A stretch of 63,334 nucleotides of DNA, counting the filler, from Basidiobolus ranarum (Eukaryota), in the NCBI GenBank assembly GCA_040143965.1. It is 12 parts of 12 records of this genome, joined end to end, with 100 filler letters (N's around TTAATTAATTAA, not from the genome) between each part and the next. Parts side by side here need not be neighbours in the genome. Positions count along the whole stretch, not along the records: positions 1 to 5,197 come from JASJQH010001671.1; positions 5,298 to 10,492 come from JASJQH010001672.1; positions 10,593 to 15,785 come from JASJQH010001673.1; 9 more parts are not named here. One strand, written 5' to 3'. The position numbers and the translations under genes were made by a program. Of the stretch, positions 1 to 11,157 are shown piece after piece (position 1 is the stretch's first letter; every line of letters begins with the position of its first letter). The notes under the pieces are model-generated. The model was not told where the DNA came from, ran no database searches, and was given only the letters and a program-made list of their open reading frames with translations.

Positions 1-1151
1 CAAAGTTTCATCTTCAAAATCATTGGTGGTGATGGTCAAGGTCAGGACAATTGTGTGCAAGATGGCCCATTCGCAAACTGGACTTTGCAAGTACCTTTGC
101 CACATTGTCTATCAAGAAAATTCAACGGCGAAAAGGGACGTATTCTAGCTCTCTGGTCACCTGAATCCATCAAATTTGTACGAGACAGCTATGAAACTTA
201 TGCACCATTTGCAGCACGTTTCGAGCAAGGACCACATGGTGTAATGCATCAAGCGATCAATGGAGATATGGTCAATTTCTTCAGTCCAAATGAGTATGTA
301 GAAAGTCTCCTTATTTCTCTTACCACTGTGTCAAGATTAACAATATTCTTATATTGCTTAGTCCAGTATTTTATCTACATCACGGATTTGTGGATAAGAA
401 TTGGGCCTTATGGCAGGCTAAAGTACCTCAAAACTATCGTGATTATGGTGGAAGTAACACGATTGGAGGAACCCATTCTAGAGAATCAGATTTACTTGTT
501 CCATTTGGCGTTCCAGTTCATTCTATGTTTGATCACCGTGGGCCGGGGCTCTGCTTCATATACTCTAACTCCCCCTCAGATGAGCTTCGTCAAGTAGATT
601 TCTCACGTCCACAAGATTGGAGTGGAGCTGCTGCCGATGTAGGTAGAGTGACTACAAATCCATTCAAGCCACTCTCCTATCAAGATAAGTTCGGTGGGCC
701 CAATTTGAATGATCGTCTTCATAAGAAAAACCTGCGTATTCCATTTGGATTATCTTCTGAGTGGGCTGGTATGATGTTCTTGAATGTATCAGAGGTCCGT
801 GAATTGGAGAGCATAAATGCAGAGTACGTAAATGGGTTAAATGGCCAGGGCTATATCTCACCTGTATGCCTGTCGCAACTTCAAAGCTCTATTGAACGTT
901 GTAAAGAGATGGGTAAAGCCTATAAATCCTCTTATGGGGATATCAAGCGCCCGGATAACCAAATGTATCCTTGTGATAAGGCTTTCCCTATCTGCGCTTT
1001 TATCCCCTTAATGGAGGAATCAATCAGAACGCAAGTTCCTATTAGTGAAGTGGAAGCGGCGGCCAATAAAGCTAGCGTAGCCAATCCTTACGGCAACGGA
1101 TTAGTTAGAGCAGCCGGGGCATATATGAGCTCAAGTGTAGATTACTACTAG
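1..1151 (+). CDS. Tyrosinase-like di-copper protein, 5'-partial; join(<1..293,362..1151)
   Basis: Frame is open from base 1 (CVQDGPF...HCLSR). The CuB site HGVMH...GDM...SPND|PVFYLHHGFVD is rebuilt by removing GT-AG intron 294..361. Confidence 0.9.
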
Positions 1152-1447
1152 TCTTAGTGCTCGGTATTTTATTAGGAAAATGGTAGAATATGCTTCTATC
1201 TGCCTGCTCCTTGACTAAATCGACGATTTAAATAAAAGACTGATCTCTGCTATTTTTTTTATCTGAGCACATTATTGTCAATTAATCTTCATATATATGT
1301 TTGTAATTGGTTTATTTGCAGTAAATGCTCCAAATTTCTTAGAGTTTCGACATCAAATTGAAATTTCATTATAGGATATAGCATCAGCTCAGTAATTTAC
1401 GAGGCTACTTTGAGATAATCAATATTGGTCACTCAGATACCTTAACA

Positions 1448-1863
1448 CTAATAACCAGCACCGCCACCATATTTTTCTTCAGCAAGCTATACAATTAAAA
1501 GTAGTTATTTAGAATAATTCTGAAAGTAAAATCAAGCTAGCCTGTTGAAATTACTCTATGAGCCTGAGCTTTGGCCTGCCTCTTTGCTTTTTCAGCATCA
1601 ACCCAGTCAAGCCCCTTAGTCTCAACTAGCTTGTCAACTTCTGCGGATGCAAAGCCTGCCAGCATCTCCTTCATCAATGAGTGACTTGGCTGCTCTCCAG
1701 TATTTCGAAGATGATTCTCATAGGATTTCATTGCTTCAAACCCAGCAGCACCAGCAATGATTTCATGAGTTAAAGAACTTTCATGATTTCCACCCCCACC
1801 ATACACTTGTTGATGTGCTTGGCTACTTTCACCAAGGCCGAGTAAGTTTTCAAAGTCAAACAT
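1448..1863 (-). CDS. cipC: CipC-like (DUF3759) small protein, 115 aa; exons 1863..1555, 1486..1448
   Basis: Motifs THEIIAGAAGFEAMKSYE and KEMLAGFASAEVDKLVETKGLD. Intron 1554..1487 (GTAATT..ATAG) gives C-terminus LAEEKYGGGAGY*. Confidence 0.88.
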
Positions 1864-2844
1864 GATATTTTGTAAGGGAATAAGATGTATACTTATCTCC
1901 AACTAAACATCAATATTTATAGTACTTCTTTTTGACATTCAAATTCCATCTGGCACACTCATCTAACCTGACTGGATTATTGTCGCACACCCTTAAACTG
2001 ATTTCTTTCTATGGACAATACAGACTTGGAACAGCAATATGATCATTTGACATAATTCCTAAATATAGACAGGTCATTACTACAATTACTACCAATCAGT
2101 GAAGTTTGGCATTATCTACCATGTTGATAATCAGGTCTTCTTTCGGAGACCATTGTCAGTTAGTTATTTTGTCTAAGCATTGATGGTTGGGCTTCTAAAT
2201 ATATTGATCTCAAGCTAAAGTTTTGAGAGTAGATCAAAGATACATATCGAGCTATTGATCTGATTGGCAGACCATCTAAGCCACCCTATATTTACAGCCC
2301 CAACCATTAATTTGCGATGTTTTCACAAGACTCCCTAGACATGCCAAGTCTAAACACCGCATTACTTATCTGCTGGCTCAATCAGGCATTTGTAGAGACA
2401 TATACAATTATATGATGCTCTAAAGCCCTAACTCTTGCCCAATCATTGAATACTCCTTTCAAGCACTTGCAACAACAGGTCATAGCTACTTGAAGAAACT
2501 TCAGCGGATGAAACTGGAACATCATGAACAGTATAGGCTATATCAGAAGTCAGTGAAACATTATCTATTTCAATCCTACTAACTCGAGGATATTACATGC
2601 CTTGAAGAGGATTTCATAGTGCAAGTCTTATAGGAATTGAAAATTGGATTTGAGACAAAATATAAAAATAGATAATAAGAGTATTGGTGTCATCAGCACC
2701 AAGTCTCATGTTCTATATTAACAGGTAGCACTAGTGGTAATGAAGTGTACTTATCAAGTTAATATTTTGGTATCTAAAAAATATATGATTGGCATTAGTT
2801 ATTTTATGGTTGATTTGTAATTACTTTTTCAGTACTGCTGTATT

Positions 2845-3080
2845 TGTTGGGGGATCTTGACAAAATGGGGGTAGACTTTGTACATTAGAGGCAACTTATG
2901 ATAGTGTTTTTGGTTACTTTATTCTTAAGAGAATATGGGGTATAAGACATACTTGTTATATAGATATAGAGATATTCCTACTTAGAATACAGGGGCTATA
3001 GATGTGTTGCTTTTGGTTTCTGATTTATGTATCATAAATAAAGTTAACTAAGATGTTGAATAAAGTTTAATTATCCAACA
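2845..3080 (-). mobile_element. Solo LTR, Copia family B (internally deleted)
   Basis: TGTTGG...CCAACA termini; flanks gtatt/atatt (4/5 TSD); homologous to 10197..10460 and 17732..18046, which adjoin PBS+gag. Confidence 0.85.
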
Positions 3081-3155
3081 ATATTACTATTTACTATTCT
3101 AGGGTACTGAGGACTTTTTGTAAGCTATCAAATATCCACTTTGTGCCCTTGAGAA

Positions 3156-3478
3156 TGTTAAAGTATATGGGAGTCTGTTGGAAGACATTTTGAGAATTGG
3201 CAAAATTGGTGATTTTACTTACTGATTTATTAAGTAGCAAGTTGACAATTATAATTTTGTCAAGATATAAGCAAGCCAGCATATAGAATGTCAAGAAAGG
3301 TTCCAGGAGCATGTGCACAAAGTTTGGGGCTTCTATTATAAGCTTGAAACAAGCCATATATCTGAGAATATCTCAGTTGGTTTCAATATTCCAACTACAT
3401 TCAAATTGGGAATAATTGGTAATATCTTGATGGAATATATACTATCTAGGTACTAAGTTATCTATAGCTACATGGGTA
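3156..3478 (-). mobile_element. Degenerate LTR, Copia family A
   Basis: Homologous to the 3' LTR at 28540..28887; the TTTAACA end is intact and the other end diverged. Confidence 0.75.
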
Positions 3479-3755
3479 TGTGGATATACTATATGCTCCA
3501 AATGTTGGCAAGATTCTAATATCCATATGAAAGGCCATCTCAGATGGACTAAAATTCAATTTAGATAGGTCAGGATGCCTCATTACAGGCCAAAATATGA
3601 ATCACTTGGCTTTGAGAGTAAAGGATCAGAACTTGTGCAAACTTACATATAATATAGGTGGCTTATGTGTAAATATCAAGATATTTCAATTAAGAAACTA
3701 TTCTATTATAGCACAAAACATTGGCCATACTAGATTTGACTATCTGGGCAAAATA

Positions 3756-4095
3756 TGTTGAAATTAGCTTTGCCTAAGCACCTATATAGTCATATATAGC
3801 TTAGTACTTAGTTATCTTAAATTTCACTCAGATATTATCTATTATTCTCAATTGGAATATAGTTGGAAAATTTTCACCTACTTAGAAGTTCTCAGATATA
3901 TAGATTATGCAAACTTGTCCTAGAAGCCCCAAACTTTGCACACATATTCCCAGAACCTTCCTTAACACATTCTACATGTTAGTTTGTTTACATCTTGACA
4001 AATGTCAACTTTCTACTCAATAAATCAACAAGTGAAAACCATTAGTTTCTCTAATTCTGCAAACCACTTCCAACTGGCTCATAAATACTTTAACA
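3756..4095 (+). mobile_element. Solo LTR, Copia family A
   Basis: TGTTGAAATTAGC...TACTTTAACA; flanks aaata/aaatg (4/5 TSD). Confidence 0.85.
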
Positions 4096-4609
4096 AAATG
4101 ATCAAAAATCTCCTGATTTCTATATTGTAAATTAACTCCACAACCAAAATGGAAATCTATGTTGGTTAAGTGTATGGAAAACAAGCCAGGTAACTATTCA
4201 AGAGCTATGGGTGAATCAAATCTGTCACAAAATGGTATCAAAGTCATTCAGATTTGTGTGAGTCAAAGCAAAATTTATCTTTAGATATATCTGATCTATA
4301 TGGACTAACCAGATGGATTTGTGGCCCCAGAATGCCCTGAAAAAGTGTGCAGATGTCAGAAAACACTCTGTGGCTTGAAATGATTTTTTATAAATTCTCA
4401 AATCCAAGAGTAATGATGACTGTAATGTCTACTTCAGGCCAGATAAGAAAAGCCCAGCTTAATGAGCCTTATATGTAAATAATATTATAGTAACCAATGA
4501 CTTGAAGACTCTGGTAAAAACCAAATCCAGATTAAGATGGATAGAATCTGTATAAGCATATCCTAGTTATATGAAAATAGTTTAAACCGAAGGAATATAA
4601 TCCAGTATC

Positions 4610-4957
4610 TGTTGAAATTAGCATTGTCTAAACACCTATACTGTCATCTATAGCTTAGTACTTAGTTTTCTTATATTTCACTAAGATATTACCCATTATT
4701 CTCAATTGGAATTGACTAAGGATATATTTATACCAGTTTGAAGGTCCCAAATATATAGATTTATTCATATTTGTGCTAGAAGCTCAAAACTGTACACATG
4801 TTTCTGGGACCTTCCTTGACACATTCTACACATTGGTTTACTTATATCTTGACAAAAGTATAAATGTCAACTTTCTACTCAGTAAATCAACAAGCAAAAA
4901 CCACTAATATCTCTAATTCTCCAAATCACTTCCAACAAGCTCTCAAATACTTTAACA
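4610..4957 (+). mobile_element. LTR, Copia family A
   Basis: Full-length TGTTGAAATTAGC...TACTTTAACA copy with no matching TSD; followed by an internal LTR fragment at about 4964..5057. Confidence 0.85.
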
Positions 4958-5058
4958 TTAACCACTTAGAAGTTCTCAGATATAAAGATTTCTTGAACTT
5001 GAACTACAAGTCTCAAACTTTGCACACTGGTTCCTTGAATCTCTCTCAACATATTCTT

Positions 5059-5197
5059 TGTTAAAGTATTTGGGAGCCTGTTGGATGTGGTTTGGAGAAT
5101 TAGAGGAATTGGTTGTTTTCACTTATTGATTTATTGAGTAGAGAGTTGACATTTATAGTTTTGTCAAGATGTAAACAAACTAATGTGTAGAATATGT
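5059..5197 (-). mobile_element. LTR, Copia family A, truncated by contig end
   Basis: Begins TGTTAAAGTATTTGGGAGCCTG, matching 28540 onward; abuts a plus-strand LTR fragment. Confidence 0.8.
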
Positions 5198-5297
5198 NNN
5201 NNNNNNNNNNNNNNNNNNNNNNNNNNNNNNNNNNNNNNNNNTTAATTAATTAANNNNNNNNNNNNNNNNNNNNNNNNNNNNNNNNNNNNNNNNNNNN
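5198..5297. other. Artificial contig spacer (first of 11; others at 10493, 15786, 21078, 26369, 31658, 36943, 42224, 47504, 52784, 58060, each 100 nt)
   Basis: N44-TTAATTAATTAA-N44 with stops in all six frames; segments between spacers are ordered by length. Confidence 0.99.
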
Positions 5298-7389
5298 CCC
5301 TAACTGAGTACCTTGCTTCGCCTAATCGATGAACCGAGTTTTCAGACTGGATTGAATCGGAGAAGGCATTTTGGTACTCTCCTTCGACTTTCCATTCTAG
5401 CCTTGTGTAGGTTATGGTTATTATTTACCTTGTGCGCTTTACGACTATTTGAAAGTAATTGGAGTTGCACCTGTAAAGATCTTCTAGTTTTGATCATTAT
5501 AGACTTGTTTAACGTAGCAGCATATTATTTGCCATCCTCATTTTGAGTTAACCTAGGAAAATACTAGTGGTAAAGAAACATCCAAATTATGGCATCCATT
5601 TGATTGAAAATCGGATTAATATAGATGTCGGATAAATTGGTGGATCTTTAGTTGCCCAAATGTAAATACTAGGTATTTTAACTGTGCCTCTGGTATCTCA
5701 AAGTACGCTGATTACAACAACGAAAACAAGAATATAGCCACTTCCTTGTGAGTGTGAATTCTTGTAATGATTGATTATTAAATATTTATTGATGACTAAT
5801 TGAGCAGGCGGGACGAATATGAATATTCTTGCTCATACAGTGATTAAGAGAGCTACCTAAGTACTCTCACACTGGCCCAAAAAGGCTTTAATGACACTGA
5901 GTTAGACTGTGACTTAACCCTAACTCTTCAGGTCACCAGCCGGTTCTGTATTTGACAACGACTGTAGTGTATATTGACGGACATCAGCAAGATATTGCAA
6001 GCTGCTAGGCGTTATCTTAAAATTAACAAATTTGGACATGAAGCAAATGGATTTATCTCACTTTGCCAAATAAAAACCATCAGTCAAGTGAATGAAAACA
6101 AATTTACGAAAATCCCCTTATTAAGCAATTACTAAGGTAATATTTGACCAGCAATTGTTTTAGCCTATTTAGAACATTTATCTTATGAGCTGAAGCTTGC
6201 CAAATTAATCCTGGTGGCAGACAATCTTTTCTCGATATCAAAGTTCAATTGGTATGGGCGTTCCAAGCTTTGTCCAGAAAACATCAGTTCTAACTATATT
6301 GGTCACTCCATCATGTAGATTTGAGAGTTCGACCTGCTTTGGGTACAGAGAGATATTACGTGAGCATTCTTGTGTCTTGTGAATACTTAGCAAAATACTT
6401 GCTTGGACAACCAGAAATCACGAGATCTGCTGCAAGAATGTGGTTGCACTATGAGTTTAGTACCTTTGTGATGTTATAGCATGGATATGTCCTTTCCTCT
6501 TCAACGTTGAGAATCACCAGTATTCAAGTAAGGTAGCATTGTTAGTAAAAGAGGTAGAAAAGCCATCGATAAAAGTAAGGTCTCACTAATTGTAGATGCG
6601 TGATGAAGTTAGACCAAAAGACCAAACGGAAGGAATGCTGCTCTTTGTATACTGGTTGCATGGAATTTGGCCCTTATTATAGCAAAATTTCGACGCAAAA
6701 TTTTCAACTACAGCCTGGGATGGTACAAAAATAGCTTTCCGCTAATATAATGATGGCAGAATATAGAATCCTGTGTTGTCTAAATTGCTGTATATTTGTA
6801 ATGATGTTAAAAATAGAAATGATCATCGACCTTAATGTTATGTTATTTATGGAACCTAATCATGAGATGCATAGCACCACCGAAAGTTCTGTTGAAGAAT
6901 ACTAATGACCCCGCTACAGTGGCCATCTTGATTGGCCAGTTAGCCCGTACGATTTGTGCACCAATGAGCACCATGCTGGAGTCTATATTCATTTGTTTAC
7001 CACATGATAAGGAGTGGGTATGGAGTGAGTACTAGAGCGCATCATAAACCTTATTCCAAACTTGTATCATTGCCATAGCTACCGAATGTAGATCCATTTA
7101 ACTAGTTGGTACGCTCAATATACTGCGATATTTATAGATTTGGCGCCTGATGCAAATCCTCCAAACGTTAAGCAATATGTATGGGCCAAATTCATTCTCA
7201 TACTGTAGTCGCGATGGAGTAAAAGAACTCGACTAAATTGATTTTGCCAAATCAGCATATGGCAAACTCTAATTTCTAAAGGGGTAGGCTATTGGGATGG
7301 TGGCATATTGATCCCTCACTTTTGCATTATAAAAGTTGCATGTAGTGTTGCACACCTCTTCATATCCAATTCACAAGCTCAGCATTGAA

Positions 7390-8406
7390 ATGTTTTTGCC
7401 CTATTCCCTAAACATTATTCTTCAAAATAACTCACTCTACACAAGTCCTTCCATGGCCTTGGACACTCAGCATATGACCTTGAGAGGGATTGTTGCATTT
7501 GACTCGAGCACATCGCTAATGATCAAAAAGATCCATCTCAATTTTAGTGGTGAGTTGTCTGTGCTCTTCCCTGCTGCCATCATGAGAACTACTCGAAATA
7601 TTATTGACCTGACATGCACACTTTCTGAGCCCCTTAAAACCACTTCAGCCTCTGGCCAACAGATTTTCCCTTTTGAAATCTTGATTCCACATGATCTACC
7701 TGAATCATTCCATAGCGACTTTGGCCAGATCAAATATACCATAAAGGCAATAGCCGAAACTACATTCCCACTTACGAATTTGAAATGTAAAGTGCCAGTG
7801 TACATCCATCACAGCCCCGACGGGTTGGAGGAGCTATCAGAGGCATACAAGCTTGAGCAGACCCTTCTCGACTCAGTTACTTGTAAAATCACTCTACCTA
7901 CGGATGTATACACGCCTGGTGAGAAGTTTGACATTGATGTATCAGTAATTCCACTTGAAAAGACTGTAAACGTAACAAAAGTGACCTGCAGCCTCAAAGA
8001 ATATACATACTTTCGTATCCCATCAAAGAGTGATCCAACCCGCTTGTCAGTAGCCGAATTTTCGAAACCTCTCAGCACTTCCTCCACTCCATTCACTGCT
8101 GCTACACTTTCCCAGACACTGCTTATGAATATACCAGAGTACACGGACTTTAACCGAATGAACTCCATTGTTGAAGTTACTCATAAATTGGTAGTCTATG
8201 TTGACTTACAGAAAGATAATGGCGACAAGGATATTTGTACTATATATATTCCTGTTGTTATAGTTGCGGCATGCAGCGCACTGGAGTTAAATCAACTGCC
8301 TCCCTACAGCGTAGTTGAGTTTCCTCCTTCGTATCATGCTTCCAGCCGCCTTACAGCTGCAGAAGTATCAGAGGCTTCTCCTCCTCCATCATATGGTCAT
8401 TGCTAA
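7390..8406 (+). CDS. Alpha-arrestin (ART/ARRDC family) with C-terminal PY motifs, 338 aa, intronless
   Basis: Arrestin_N signature FPFEILIPHDLPESF..FGQIKYTIKA, arrestin_C IVEVTHKL, PY motifs LPPY/PPSY/PPSY; TATAAAA at about 7329. Confidence 0.88.
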   Translation: MFLPYSLNIILQNNSLYTSPSMALDTQHMTLRGIVAFDSSTSLMIKKIHLNFSGELSVLFPAAIMRTTRNIIDLTCTLSEPLKTTSASGQQIFPFEILIPHDLPESFHSDFGQIKYTIKAIAETTFPLTNLKCKVPVYIHHSPDGLEELSEAYKLEQTLLDSVTCKITLPTDVYTPGEKFDIDVSVIPLEKTVNVTKVTCSLKEYTYFRIPSKSDPTRLSVAEFSKPLSTSSTPFTAATLSQTLLMNIPEYTDFNRMNSIVEVTHKLVVYVDLQKDNGDKDICTIYIPVVIVAACSALELNQLPPYSVVEFPPSYHASSRLTAAEVSEASPPPSYGHC

Positions 8407-9844
8407 TTAGCCCTGAATATACCGAATTTCATTCCTCATCTACCTATGTATAACAGTATTAGCTATGTACTCACAATGTAAATTTCTTGCAATATTAAAA
8501 TAAATTAAGCCATTCAATAATTTCAAAGTTGCATGCTATAAGCAACAAACGTCGATAACTCAATTGCTTAATTAATTTCTTAAGTTACAGGTAAGGCAGA
8601 TGAAGGACACTAACAAACGCCGGCATCGGTTGCCGTTATGTGTGATATCATAAAATTAGAGAAAAACCCAAGTAAAGTTCCTCTAACAAGTTGAAATTGT
8701 TAACTAGTAAACACTTATGTTGTGTGTTAGCAATATGGTCAATTGACTCGGCTTGGTGAATAGTATTTGGAGATTTAGCCGGCACTAATAGCGGCTATAC
8801 GTGTTCATTAACTGTGTAAGATTTGGGACTGGAACTCAAATAAAAGTCTCCAATATTATGAAGGTGATTCCGCTGCACTTGTTCATATTATCTACATTTG
8901 TGCTCATTGCCGCGAATTGTTTTTGAGTTCAACATGTTGTTTGCCGCAAATCACATCTTTTGACTATAGCTTTAAGCACTACGTTGGATAAGCTAAAGCC
9001 GGTGAGTGATATAGCCTATTAACTCAAGTTAGCAGGGATTACATCAGGCCTTAAGGCAGTGATTACAGCACTTAATCTCTGCTTCAATGCTCTCCCTTTA
9101 TCAACCGAAACCATGCATTTGGATCTTTGAACCCAAAACATTTTTCTGCAGCTGTATTGGGAAAGTGATGATTGCCTATTGTATATTTTGGGCCCTGATA
9201 GACAGTATTCATAGGAGCCATCCCTGATATAGAGTGACCTATCTGAAAGCGGAGAGTTTGCTTAATGTTTTATTCTCCACCTTGCAAGGTAATGCCAGCA
9301 CAGCACAGATGATCTACCAATATCTTATGAAAAGGCAATTAAAGTTAATATCATCAAAGCAAAGAGGTTTCCAGCAGGCCAAGGTTAGGTAGCTACTGAA
9401 GTCCTTGATTTAAGCCTCTAAGGCTGGAAGTGTTTAAAGAGGGTGAACAGATCTGCTGAGAAGTGATGACAGAACTATGTTGCATGGCAAATGATCAGAA
9501 TTTGCTAGCTTATAAAGACCCTTAGTTTTCACAACAATTGAGACATCCAGGAGCATCCTCAGAGCAGCAGGAAAAGCTGATATCTAGTCAAATCATCTGT
9601 TATTGGATACTGGTATGACTGGTATCAAGTAGGAATTTCTTATAAAGCAGTAAACAGGCTTAGCTTTGGGAAGCTGATCAGCTGCAATTGATGTGGGGCA
9701 TTGATGTTGCCAAAGAGGATGAAGGCTTGTGAGGTGGCTTGTAAGAAGCTGGCAATGTTGTGAGTAATATTTATTACAAAATGCAGTGGCAAAGATGGTG
9801 GAAGAGAGGACAGAAGCAGAGTTACTGTTGGATGCAGGTGAGCA

Positions 9845-10197
9845 AGCTCTTTTTGCTCATGATGTTCCACTATGATTTCCCACGCATTCTTGGCAGAGTC
9901 AGCATCTCTGACTAGCATAAGTTGTTGTGATCCCAGTATTAGACATATTTCCCTAAATGCCAATCTGTCTTTTTCTTTGAAGGCTGCCCTGGCTTCTTTA
10001 CATGTTGGCTTCTTTGTTTCAGTGTCAGAATCTGAACTTTCTTCTTCTTCATCTGGTTGAACTATTTCCCACACATGTTTCCCTTCAAGCACAAGTTGCA
10101 TCTGGAATTTCCATTCATGGAAATCTTCCCCATTGAATGTTGGAATATTAGTAATCTCTTTTTGGGAAGAAGACTCTAATTCACTTGCTGCTACCAT
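9845..10197 (-). mobile_element. Ty1/Copia gag 5' fragment (DUF4219 + gag-like), family B
   Basis: IPTFNGEDFHEWKFQMQLVLEGKHVWEIV and KDRLAFREI..L....L.LVRDADSAKNAWEII; directly downstream of LTR and PBS TGGTAGCAG. Confidence 0.85.
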
Positions 10198-10460
10198 GTT
10201 GTAGGATCTTGACATAATGGGGGTAGATTTGTGTATTAGAGGCAACTTATGATAGTGTGTTTTAGTTAGTTTATTCTCAAGAGTATATGGTGACTTATAT
10301 AGTAGAAAAGTAAATCAATTGTTTGAGATATTCAGAAGTTTGTGTAATAAGATATATTACATAAGTGGGGATAATAAGACATGCTTGTTATATAGATATA
10401 GAGATATTCCTATTTAGAATATAGGGGCTATAGATATGTTGCTTTCTGTTTCTGATATAT
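10197..10460 (-). mobile_element. 5' LTR, Copia family B (interrupted by MITE)
   Basis: Ends ...ACAACA immediately before PBS TGGTAGCAGCAAG; homologous to 2845..3080 and 17732..18046. Confidence 0.85.
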
Positions 10461-10492
10461 GGACTTGTTCCATTGTGCCAGGATTTATCGGA
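10461..10492 (-). mobile_element. End of 182-bp MITE inserted in LTR-B, truncated by contig end
   Basis: GGACTTGTTCCATTGTGCCAGGATTTATC is the reverse complement of the right end of MITE 27915..28096; preceded by TAT. Confidence 0.8.
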
Positions 10493-11157
10493 NNNNNNNN
10501 NNNNNNNNNNNNNNNNNNNNNNNNNNNNNNNNNNNNTTAATTAATTAANNNNNNNNNNNNNNNNNNNNNNNNNNNNNNNNNNNNNNNNNNNNCATCGTTT
10601 ACCCATCGTTTACCCGGAAGCATTTAATAAGTGATTCAAAAGGCGAGATCGATGTGAGCCCCAAAATGCAACATTACACCAGTTCTATCGTAAATAAGGT
10701 TATCATACATAGCTGGAAATTGTAAGGATTTCATGTGCGCTATTCTGTCCTTCCTAATTGCGTTGGTTGTCTAACTATGGCTACCAGATTTATAAAACAT
10801 CTTGCAGTATGGATGGACAAACCTTAAACAAAAGTGGGGCGCGTTGGTAAGCTAACCGGAAACCAACATCCCAACCATATGTGGACCACATGAACTAATA
10901 TGGTACAGAGCAGTACTACAAGAGGTGATTAGCTTGGCCCTTTCTGAAAAAGTGAATATTAGTCTCCACCTAATATTGCTTACTAGAGCTTCGTGCTATG
11001 GATACTCTTTGGATTGGTTGTCATATTCGAGTACACAAAGTGCCGATATGTTACATAAAAACTTATACTTCAGCAGTATATGCATGTGATGTGCCAAACG
11101 TATAAAAATCAATTGCAAAGCTCATCAACAGTACCGAATCTTAGGACTCGACTAACA

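Noticed and set aside
7467-8168. Antisense ORFs of 100+ aa (also opposite CAS1, SDR, GLO3 and the Cys-rich gene)
   Set aside because: Shadow ORFs on the reverse strand of real genes.
10593-11100. Pho4 boxes upstream of PHO84
   Set aside because: No canonical CACGTG or CACGTT seen in the ~560 bp available.
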